In this document: one piece after another, positions 8,111 to 15,706 of the stretch
Layout: every line of letters starts with the position of its first letter
Position numbering within the stretch: the stretch's first letter is position 1
NCBI GenBank assembly: GCA_016219275.1
Contig: JACRBM010000032.1
Span: 28,054-92,053, forward strand
Origin: Chloroflexota bacterium
Lineage (GTDB): Bacteria > Chloroflexota > Anaerolineae > UBA4142
Direction of reading: 5' to 3'
DNA: 64,000 bases
Notes under the pieces: generated by a model
Seen by the model: only the letters and a program-made list of their open reading frames with translations
Told to the model about the DNA's origin: nothing
Database searches by the model: none
Translations under genes and position numbers: made by a program

Positions 8111-8138
8111 ACTATACGACTTGAGCGCCGCCGTGTCA
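8111..8138 (-). promoter_or_regulatory. sigma-70-like promoter candidate for the riboswitch-fmdE-moaA transcript
   Basis: Minus strand: TGACAC (8138..8133), 16-nt spacer, TATAGT (8116..8111). It lies ~50 nt upstream of the aptamer candidate. Confidence 0.35.
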
Positions 8139-8155
8139 TCACCCGCTTGGGTGAT
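8138..8155. repeat. copy 1 of a recurring palindrome ATCACCC-N4-GGGTGAT
   Basis: ATCACCC GCTT GGGTGAT followed by TTTTT on the plus strand, immediately 3' of the radical-SAM gene stop. The same palindrome recurs at 22687-22704 and 34193-34210. Confidence 0.7.
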
Positions 8156-8157
8156 TT

Positions 8158-9483
8158 TTACACATCGGTCGCGAGGTCGAATGTTTGCGGCGTCGTCAGA
8201 TCCACTTTTAGTTCACGAATCACTGCGCCATCTGGTCGCGCTTCCATGACGCTCGTCGCGATGCCGATTTCGATGGCGAGGTCTTTCAGCGCGGCAATTT
8301 TCTCGACGTGAAACTCGAGATAGTACCGATCGCGGTTGCGTTGAAAATCGCGGTAACGCATTCGCTCGAAAATCGGCAAGACTTGATGGAGGTCTTTGCC
8401 GAACACCTTTGCCGATTTGAGAAAATAATCGCGCGGCGAAAAATAAAGATGCGCCGGAATCTTTTGTTCGAAATGCTGTTGATAGACTTGACCGGTATGT
8501 TTGTTTTCGAGCGAGCAATAGTGAACACCCAGTTTCAATTTCTGGTCGAGCGCAAACTCGACGAGATCGAGACACGCGGACTCGCTTTGCGCGACCGGCA
8601 ATCCGCCGGCGTAACTGTAATTGTACAACACGCGAAATGGGCGTTGCTTGATGCGATAGCCTTTGTCGCGATACATGTCGGCGTTGTTCAACGGAAAACA
8701 AAATTCCAATAGGTTGATGCCGGACACATCTAGTTCATCGAGTCGCGTCAACACCTGCTTCATCTCCGGCAATGTGCCGGGCAACACCGGCATCTCGACC
8801 ATCACGTTGGGAATGTATGCTTTGGTCAGCGCGATGCGGTCGTACGTGTGTCGCCGCGCTTGCTCGGAATCATACAGGCGGATGCTGAAACGAATCTCGT
8901 CGAGGCGTGCGCGTTGCAGCGCGGTCAAAAGTTCGACGTCAATATGGTCGCCGGACGTGTAGAGGCGTTTGTACGCGTGCGGAAATTTTTCGTTGGCGTA
9001 ATTGAAAAACTCGACTACCTCGGCGCGATGTAAGAGCGGCTCGCCGCCGGTAAGCGCGAGGTGTTCCAGGCGCGCGCCGCTTTGATAAATCTCTTCCAGC
9101 TCGCGAACGCAATTGCGTTTCTGCGTTTGGAACTCGGCGTAATTTTCCTGATTCGGGTTAAAGCAGAAAAAACAATTGCGATGGCACTTGAGCGAGATGA
9201 AAAACGTCGCCGTTCCCAGACCGGTCTGACACGCCGCACACGCGGGAGAAATGTGGTTTACGTAGATGCTCTTGTCGTCGTTGCGGAGAACCGCGCCCTT
9301 GCTCACCACGTTCGCAATCTTGGTTTGCGCCTCGGCGCGATCATCGCGCGGATCAAATTCCACTCCCAGCGCGCGGATGCGCGCAAAAAAATCCTGTTGG
9401 ATCTTGGCGTAGATCGCCGCGTAGTTTGCCAGATGGAGATTCTTGATTTGCGCGATGTTGTCGCGAGTAATTTCGACAATCAT
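8158..9483 (-). CDS. radical SAM protein with ~120 aa N-terminal extension
   Basis: CHRNCFFC is a CX3CX2C motif, followed by a GGEPLL glycine-rich motif. I moved the start to ATG 9483, which overlaps the upstream stop as ATGA. The longer track ORF (to 9606) would overlap the preceding gene. Confidence 0.75.
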   Translation of the reverse strand: MIVEITRDNIAQIKNLHLANYAAIYAKIQQDFFARIRALGVEFDPRDDRAEAQTKIANVVSKGAVLRNDDKSIYVNHISPACAACQTGLGTATFFISLKCHRNCFFCFNPNQENYAEFQTQKRNCVRELEEIYQSGARLEHLALTGGEPLLHRAEVVEFFNYANEKFPHAYKRLYTSGDHIDVELLTALQRARLDEIRFSIRLYDSEQARRHTYDRIALTKAYIPNVMVEMPVLPGTLPEMKQVLTRLDELDVSGINLLEFCFPLNNADMYRDKGYRIKQRPFRVLYNYSYAGGLPVAQSESACLDLVEFALDQKLKLGVHYCSLENKHTGQVYQQHFEQKIPAHLYFSPRDYFLKSAKVFGKDLHQVLPIFERMRYRDFQRNRDRYYLEFHVEKIAALKDLAIEIGIATSVMEARPDGAVIRELKVDLTTPQTFDLATDV

Positions 9484-10643
9484 GATTGCCCCTCGTGCGC
9501 GGTATGCGGGCGCAGACTGCCGAACGGATTGCGTCGGCGGAAATCGCAGATCGGGCAGAGAGTACCCGGAATGTGGTCGGCGAAGAGCGCGTTGCATTTC
9601 GCGCATTGTTTGAGCGCGCCGGCTTTCAAAACCATCGCTTCTGCCGCGACCAGTTCCGCGATGCTCGGCGCGCCATTGCGATGCAACGCTTGCGGTTCAC
9701 ACACATCGAGGCACACACCGCAGTCTGTGCATTTCGCAACCGCACAGGTCAGTCGGTACGCGTTGCCTTCGGTTGTTGAAAATTGCAACGCGCCGGTCGG
9801 ACATGCGCGCGCACAAACGCCGCACGCGGTACATTGATCATCGGCAGTCAGGCGAATCACGCCGGTAAATTGCGCGGGGACATTTTGCTCGCCGAGCGCG
9901 AGTTGCTTGAGCGCATTGATCAAGCGGACACGCTCGCGCGGCAAGACACTGCCCGCTGGCGCATCAGCGCTTTCGTTGGCGAACGCGCGCACGGCTGTGC
10001 GGACTGATTCGCCGGTCAACACGCGCAAGAAATCGCGCCGCGAGACGGGCGGCGCTTTGGCGTCGTACACGACGCGCGTTTTCGCATCGGTGCTGGGTCG
10101 GTCAGTCACGGCAATGACGCGTTCGGGAAATAATTGGCGAACGGGCGCGAGCGCGTTCACAATTTCCGGTTGCACGCGTCCGATAGAACATTCTTCACAC
10201 GCATCCATCCGAATGGCGACCTGGGAAACCTGGGTAAGCAAGCGCAGATACGTCGAAGACCCGAGCGCGGCGAGACAGGCGCTGGTACGAATAACCGTCG
10301 CGTTTTCGATCAATCCTTTTTCCGGCGCGGGATGACGCGCGCAGACAAGTTCGACGACCTGGGTCGCGGACAGACGCGCAATGCAATTGAAAATGTCCGC
10401 CGCGCTATCGTCGCCGGCGAATGCGCCGACCGGACACACGCGCAAACACAAGCCGCACGCGACGCACGCTTTTTCGTCGAGCGCGATCGGCGCATCCAAA
10501 CGCAACGCGTTGACAGGGCAACCGCGCACGCACAATTCGCACGTCGAGCGTTTATCTTTCGCGCGCACACACCGCGTCGCCTCGAGCGAGACCGGCGGTT
10601 GATCCGCCGGCGCGAGTTTGCCGGCGACTGAAAAAAGGTTCAC
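9480..10643 (-). CDS. cytoplasmic poly-ferredoxin-like protein (several 4Fe-4S motifs plus C-terminal Cys4 ribbon)
   Basis: Motifs CELCVRGCP, CVACGLCLRVCP, CTACGVCARACP, CTDCGVCLDVCEP and terminal CAKC...CPIC. No signal peptide. The GTG start overlaps the TorD-like stop (GTGA). Confidence 0.75.
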   Translation of the reverse strand: MNLFSVAGKLAPADQPPVSLEATRCVRAKDKRSTCELCVRGCPVNALRLDAPIALDEKACVACGLCLRVCPVGAFAGDDSAADIFNCIARLSATQVVELVCARHPAPEKGLIENATVIRTSACLAALGSSTYLRLLTQVSQVAIRMDACEECSIGRVQPEIVNALAPVRQLFPERVIAVTDRPSTDAKTRVVYDAKAPPVSRRDFLRVLTGESVRTAVRAFANESADAPAGSVLPRERVRLINALKQLALGEQNVPAQFTGVIRLTADDQCTACGVCARACPTGALQFSTTEGNAYRLTCAVAKCTDCGVCLDVCEPQALHRNGAPSIAELVAAEAMVLKAGALKQCAKCNALFADHIPGTLCPICDFRRRNPFGSLRPHTAHEGQS

Positions 10644-11314
10644 GCCTTCGTTCCTACGGGGATTTTCACATCCAGTATCGTGGCGGCTTCGCGGACGGCT
10701 CCACGCGTGAGGAGCGCGATGCCGCGATAAAAATCGGTGTGCGACTGCGCGTGAACCTGCTCACACCAGCCGAATGCCCAGCGCAACAAATGCTCAACCA
10801 TGAAGCGTTTCTGCGCGTCGAGCGTCTCTTCGAACTTGGCTTTGTCATTCTGTTCGAGCGCGCGCAGACCCAGTTTGGCAAGGTGCGCGATGAATTCGAG
10901 TTCGAGTCCGATGTGATCGTCCGGCTCTTGGTAAATTTTTTCGGCTTGGAGTCCAAAACGCCGGTACCACTCGCGCACCTTGAGCGTTTCTTCTTGAAAC
11001 GTCAAACGCTCTTCGCTAAAGTACACGGATTGCCACGGCGGCGTCAACACTTTGCCGGGTCCGATGAACAACCGCGTGTAATCCATGCGGACATCCTCAA
11101 GCGCTTCGTCCGATATGCCGCGACTCCACGCTTGCAATAATTCGAGCGCGGATTCCACCTCGGCTTGGTTGGATGCAAACGGCGCTTCGGAAAAAATATC
11201 GCCCTCCACCAGAGACTGCAACCACGTCTTTTCCGGATACACGTAGAATGCTTTACTGAGCAATCCAAAGGTCAACATTTCGCCGGTCAAGAGTTCGTTC
11301 CAATTCGATTCCAT
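10640..11314 (-). CDS. TorD/DmsD-family redox-enzyme maturation chaperone
   Basis: YTRLFIGPG...PPWQSVY...EPDDHIGLELEFIAHL is the family signature. I moved the start to ATG 11314 (MESNWNELL). The track ORF to 11500 would overlap the upstream gene. Confidence 0.8.
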   Translation of the reverse strand: MESNWNELLTGEMLTFGLLSKAFYVYPEKTWLQSLVEGDIFSEAPFASNQAEVESALELLQAWSRGISDEALEDVRMDYTRLFIGPGKVLTPPWQSVYFSEERLTFQEETLKVREWYRRFGLQAEKIYQEPDDHIGLELEFIAHLAKLGLRALEQNDKAKFEETLDAQKRFMVEHLLRWAFGWCEQVHAQSHTDFYRGIALLTRGAVREAATILDVKIPVGTKA

Positions 11315-11417
11315 GCCTACTCCACTTGCGACAGAAACACACGGAAGCGCACAGAAGAATGACTCTGTGTATTTCCGTGTGTTTCGACGACAGAAATTGG
11401 CTATGCCATTCCGGTTG

Positions 11418-13274
11418 TTAGTTTTCGCGTGGGCGACGTCGTCGCCACCACCAGATGATAGCCCAGAGAGGTGACAAGCCAAGTACCAAGATGATGACAA
11501 AATAGGTTACAAATGTGGTCACTTGCGCGATGCTAATGCCCATTTGCGCGAGTTGGTCCCGCAGGCGCGCATCGAGATTCGATTCCCACATCGGCGTGAT
11601 GGGTGAGGCGCTCGTTGGATGCAGCGCCGCGATCACAACCGCGTCGAGCGGGACGGGCGTCAAGCGTCCTGGATTTGACAGCACGAGCATCTCACCGCCG
11701 CGCACTAACGTTTCGCCGCGCGACGAACGAACGTTTGCAACGCCATCCATCAAATACAACCACACCGGACGATCCGGAAAATATTCGAGCGCGAATTGAC
11801 CGGCAGGCAACGTGATGGTCGCGTCCGCCACGCGAATCGTCACAGCCGAATCTCCGCCATTGCCCCATAGCCAACCGTACTCGAGCGCGATAGTTTGTTT
11901 TTCGACGCGAACCTGGGATTCGGGCGGCGCAACGATTTCGCCATTGCCCCACGCGATAGATTGTGTTTCCGGTCGTCGTGTCAACGTGAAATCGGCGACG
12001 CTGTTCGCGGCGGCATCAACGACTTGCGCTTGGTAGAAATAGCCGGGAGCGGATGCGACCAGCGTCAACGACTCGCGCGGTACATCGTCGAGCGTGTACG
12101 CGCCGGTGCTTGGCAGCGCATTCTGCACGATGCCGGTTTTTTCGCGCGTCACCCACGCGAATGGCAGAGGCGCGTTTTTTGAATCGCGCAGTGTTCCGCT
12201 CAGGGTCTTACCGCGTTGTGTCGCGACGAGCGGCAAGGTCATTGAAATCGCGGGCGAAGATTCGAGGTCAATCGTTTGTGGCGTGGATGCGAATCCGTGC
12301 TCGGCGAGCGCGCGGTCATCCGCGAGAACCAGGTATTGTCCAATCGGCACATTGACAAACGCGAACGTGCCATTCGATGTTATCTGCGTGGTATAGCTCG
12401 CGCCATCGGACAATCGAATCGCGCGAACCGCGACGGGTTTGATCGCGACATTGACGTTGCCGGTAATTTCACCGGTGCGACTGCGCACGCGTACTGTGAT
12501 CGGCGCATTCGTCGTCGCGCCCGGCGCGAGCGTCACCGTGATCGGCGCAACACTTTCGAACCACACGCCATCCACGACCGTTGGCTCGACGCGAAACGAA
12601 TATTGCGTCGGCGTTTGGCTCAGCGCTTCGACACGCAACTGCGCCTGACCATTCGCATCCGAGATGCCGGTATAGTGTCGCGTGCGCCACATGTAGAGAC
12701 GCGTGGAACCGTTCACTAGGATATTGGGCACTGGTTGTTGTGGGTTATCCGCGCGCACGACCTTGACCGGCACTGTTGCATAGCCGGAACGATCCACGAC
12801 AATATGTCGTTCAGCCGTCGCTTGCTTGCCATTTGGTTCCAGCGCGGTGATGCGGAGCGTTACCTTACCACGCGGCAAGATCACATTCGCCAAATAGTGG
12901 CACGCGTCACAGTTCCGTTGGTCGGGCGAAAATTCGCCGGCGGACGAATCCGCGTTGACCGTCATCCCAAACGAGAACGCGCCATCGTCGCGTAAACGCG
13001 CGGTCGTGGTCTGCGCCACTAGATTCCCGACCAGCACATCGAGCCGCACACGCACGAGGGAGGGTTCGGGATTACTCGTTACGACCCAGCCCGCGATGTC
13101 AATGCTGTACACCAACGAATAGGGTCCCGCGTAAAATGTCTCATTTTCAAGCGGAGTCGAGATGGTTACAGAAAGCGAGGATGATTGCGCGTTGGCTGGA
13201 TTGCCCGCGCACACAAATAATCCCAGCACAACCACAAGCAACCCAACCAGTTTGAACCAACGCCATGTCGTCAT
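11418..13274 (-). CDS. large secreted, C-terminally anchored protein: Ig-like domain with one CxxCH, CarboxypepD_reg-like repeats, possible FecR-like domain
   Basis: Start ATG 13274 overlaps the upstream stop (ATGA). N-terminal signal (WFKLVGLLVVVLGLFVCAG). CDACH heme motif. Repeats of the G.V.D..G.P...A.V...G.Y.L..L..G.Y type. C-terminal TM helix plus WWWRRRRP tail. Paralog of 22688..24538. Confidence 0.7.
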   Translation of the reverse strand: MTTWRWFKLVGLLVVVLGLFVCAGNPANAQSSSLSVTISTPLENETFYAGPYSLVYSIDIAGWVVTSNPEPSLVRVRLDVLVGNLVAQTTTARLRDDGAFSFGMTVNADSSAGEFSPDQRNCDACHYLANVILPRGKVTLRITALEPNGKQATAERHIVVDRSGYATVPVKVVRADNPQQPVPNILVNGSTRLYMWRTRHYTGISDANGQAQLRVEALSQTPTQYSFRVEPTVVDGVWFESVAPITVTLAPGATTNAPITVRVRSRTGEITGNVNVAIKPVAVRAIRLSDGASYTTQITSNGTFAFVNVPIGQYLVLADDRALAEHGFASTPQTIDLESSPAISMTLPLVATQRGKTLSGTLRDSKNAPLPFAWVTREKTGIVQNALPSTGAYTLDDVPRESLTLVASAPGYFYQAQVVDAAANSVADFTLTRRPETQSIAWGNGEIVAPPESQVRVEKQTIALEYGWLWGNGGDSAVTIRVADATITLPAGQFALEYFPDRPVWLYLMDGVANVRSSRGETLVRGGEMLVLSNPGRLTPVPLDAVVIAALHPTSASPITPMWESNLDARLRDQLAQMGISIAQVTTFVTYFVIILVLGLSPLWAIIWWWRRRRPREN

Positions 13275-14119
13275 CGCGTCGTGCTCTCGACGGTCTTGAG
13301 TCCCCAGGGGTTGTTTGGCGCGTGGCATTTGTTGCAATTGACCGCGCGTTGAATGCTGTGTGATTTGTACACCGCCGTGGTCGAGCGTCCCATCAATTCG
13401 GTTGTGCGGAATGTCATCCAGGTATCTTTGCCTTTTTCGATGCCCACTTTCATCCCCGCCGCATCGTGACACGCGATACACGATACGGTCGTGTGCGTCT
13501 TGTCGTGACCAAGGATCGGCTTGGCGGGATCGAGCGCGTTCGGGTGGCACGCTTGAGCCGAGCAACTCGCAATGGTGGAGTGCGCGTCATGGCAACGCGT
13601 ACAGGCGTAATCCTTGTGCGCGCTCTGCGACACATCGCGCTTGTGCCGAATCGTTTCGGTGTCGGTGTGACATTTTTCGCATAACGCCGTCGCGTTCGCG
13701 ACCGATTCGTACTGTCCGTTTGCGTTGTTGAGCCACGCGATTTGCGAACTGGTTACTCCGTTCGCAGTCGTGTGGCACACTTCGCAACCGATGTCTTTCC
13801 AATCCGCTTTAGCGACCGGCGGATTGCCTTTCGCGATCCGCATTGCAGGATCGAACGAGAATTTGCACGAGACGCAGTTGGGTTGCGGATCAATCTTTGC
13901 CGCGGGATCCCAGTTGCGCGGCGAGTGGCAACGCGCGCAGTACGTGTTCGGTCCCTTGCCTGGGTCGAACGTGTTGGCGTGCGGACTCTTTTGCCACGCT
14001 TGGCGAATGAGAGACGTGTCCGGTGTGGGCGCGGATGCCGGTGTGGGGGGGACTTGCTGGCACGCGGCGAGGACGAATGCGAAAACGATACTGAAAAACA
14101 ATCCCAGGATTCGATTCAT
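13271..14119 (-). CDS. multiheme cytochrome c lipoprotein (6 CxxCH, one CX4CH, one CxxCK)
   Basis: Lipobox VLAAC. Motifs CARCH, CEVCH, CEKCH, CTRCH, CIACH, CNKCH, plus CSAQACH and CVSCK. Paralog of 24548..25537. Confidence 0.85.
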   Translation of the reverse strand: MNRILGLFFSIVFAFVLAACQQVPPTPASAPTPDTSLIRQAWQKSPHANTFDPGKGPNTYCARCHSPRNWDPAAKIDPQPNCVSCKFSFDPAMRIAKGNPPVAKADWKDIGCEVCHTTANGVTSSQIAWLNNANGQYESVANATALCEKCHTDTETIRHKRDVSQSAHKDYACTRCHDAHSTIASCSAQACHPNALDPAKPILGHDKTHTTVSCIACHDAAGMKVGIEKGKDTWMTFRTTELMGRSTTAVYKSHSIQRAVNCNKCHAPNNPWGLKTVESTTR

Positions 14120-14131
14120 TTGGTTGATATA

Positions 14132-14158
14132 GTAGGGGCGGGGTTATCCCGCCCCTAC
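14132..14158 (-). repeat. intercistronic GC stem-loop (GTAGGGGCGGG family) after dmsC copy 1
   Basis: GTAGGGGCGGG / CCCGCCCCTAC, 11-bp stem with a 5-nt loop, in the 44-nt spacer between dmsC-1 and the cytochrome gene. No U-tract. Confidence 0.7.
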
Positions 14159-14163
14159 GAGTT

Positions 14164-15078
14164 TTATTGCAAGCCGAAATGCGTCGCCGTCGCGTAGAAC
14201 AAGAAGCGTCCCAATACTTCACCGACTAACACGAATGCAAATGCAACGTAGGCAACTGCGCCCATCACCTTCTCTTGCCCCGGACTCGAGGCGGCGCGAT
14301 ACAGGAATATACCCAGCACGCCCGCACCCAGGAATACCAACGCGAGACGCAGCGCAAAGACGATGCCGAATTCACCCACCAGCATTGTTGCACTGGCGCT
14401 GGAACTGCCCGCCATCAACGCGACCCACAACGGTAACAACACGAATTGGAAACCCAACAGTACGATGGATGCCATCCCAAACCAGCGGAGCGAGTCGCGC
14501 AACAACACGCATTGATCGCTCGCGCACCCAGGATTCTTGCGTTGCACGTACCAATAGTTTGCGACGAACGCCGCACCCATTGCCAACACGCCCAACAACA
14601 ACGTCGTCACGTAGAACGACAACGGAGTTGTGATGACGTTCCATCCAGGACGCGTCGGCATCATATACACCATGGACATGCTGTACACGAGCGCAACGCC
14701 GATGATTGCCGCGACCAGCGCGACGACGTTACGCACCGTGAATGTCGCGATCTTTTTCCACTGCATCACCGCAAACACTGCGCCCGCCACCGCGAACAAC
14801 ACGCCGAAGAAAATCTCGCGCGAGAGCCACGAGGTTCCCAGGTTCGTCACGGCTTTGTACGCGTTGATCGGATTGCCGAGGTGCAGAAGCGATGCCGCCA
14901 TACCGAGCGCGAGCACGGGACCGATCGCGAGGAGCGCGCGGTCGGAGAGTTCGTCCGCCTGTTTCTCGCCGGATTTCTTCGCGGTGAAATAGTGGACGAT
15001 GCCCAGCACGATGAACGAACCGACCGACATCTGTGCCAGAATCGTGAACGTAATCAATGCCCATTCGCGAACGTTCAT
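14164..15078 (-). CDS. dmsC: DMSO-reductase-family membrane anchor subunit, copy 1
   Basis: MNVREWALITFTILAQMSVGSFIVLGI resembles the E. coli DmsC N-terminus (EWPLMIFTVFGQ...GGFIVL, from memory). About 8 hydrophobic helices. I moved the start to ATG 15078, just after the dmsB stop. Confidence 0.85.
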   Translation of the reverse strand: MNVREWALITFTILAQMSVGSFIVLGIVHYFTAKKSGEKQADELSDRALLAIGPVLALGMAASLLHLGNPINAYKAVTNLGTSWLSREIFFGVLFAVAGAVFAVMQWKKIATFTVRNVVALVAAIIGVALVYSMSMVYMMPTRPGWNVITTPLSFYVTTLLLGVLAMGAAFVANYWYVQRKNPGCASDQCVLLRDSLRWFGMASIVLLGFQFVLLPLWVALMAGSSSASATMLVGEFGIVFALRLALVFLGAGVLGIFLYRAASSPGQEKVMGAVAYVAFAFVLVGEVLGRFLFYATATHFGLQ

Positions 15079-15079
15079 C

Positions 15080-15703
15080 TTACGCCTCCTCAACCAAATC
15101 TATAATTCTTCCCATGCCCTTGCCGCTCGCTTGCGCGTGACGATGCGGCTTGATGACGAGCGCGGGAAAAGTCAGCGTCGCTACCGGTAGCGGTTCGATG
15201 GCGTTGACGTTGCCGTGCTTGGCGCGCAATTCCGCGATGTCGCCGAACTCGAGCGCGCGCATTGGGCACGCATCCACGCATGCCGGGTTCTGACCCTGGG
15301 CGAGCAGGTCTTCACAGCCGTTGCATTTCGTCATCACGCCCTTGGCTTCATTGAACTGCGGCGCGCCGTACGGACACGCCCACTCGCAATAGCGGCAGCC
15401 GACGCATTGATCCGCATTGACGAGGACAAGCCCATCCGCGCGTTTCGCCAACGCACCGGTCGGACACACTTCGGCGCACGACGGTTTTTCGCAGTGATTG
15501 CATGCGACCGACACCGAATACACGAACACATTGTTCGGCGTCCACAGTTTGCCGGACGGAACCCAGCTCCCGTTGCCATACTGCCACACGCGCCGGAAAT
15601 TGACGCCGACCGGTAAATCATTCTTATCTTTGCAAGCGACCTGACATGTTTTGCAACCCATGCACGCGCTCGCATCGAAATAAAATCCAAGTTGCTTTGC
15701 CAT
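15080..15703 (-). CDS. dmsB: DMSO-reductase-family 4x[4Fe-4S] subunit, copy 1
   Basis: MAKQLGFYFDASACMGCKTCQVACKD...CNHCEKPSCAEVCP...CVGCRYCEWACPYGAPQ...MTKCNGC...CVDACP is collinear with E. coli DmsB. Confidence 0.9.
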   Translation of the reverse strand: MAKQLGFYFDASACMGCKTCQVACKDKNDLPVGVNFRRVWQYGNGSWVPSGKLWTPNNVFVYSVSVACNHCEKPSCAEVCPTGALAKRADGLVLVNADQCVGCRYCEWACPYGAPQFNEAKGVMTKCNGCEDLLAQGQNPACVDACPMRALEFGDIAELRAKHGNVNAIEPLPVATLTFPALVIKPHRHAQASGKGMGRIIDLVEEA

Positions 15704-15706
15704 CTC

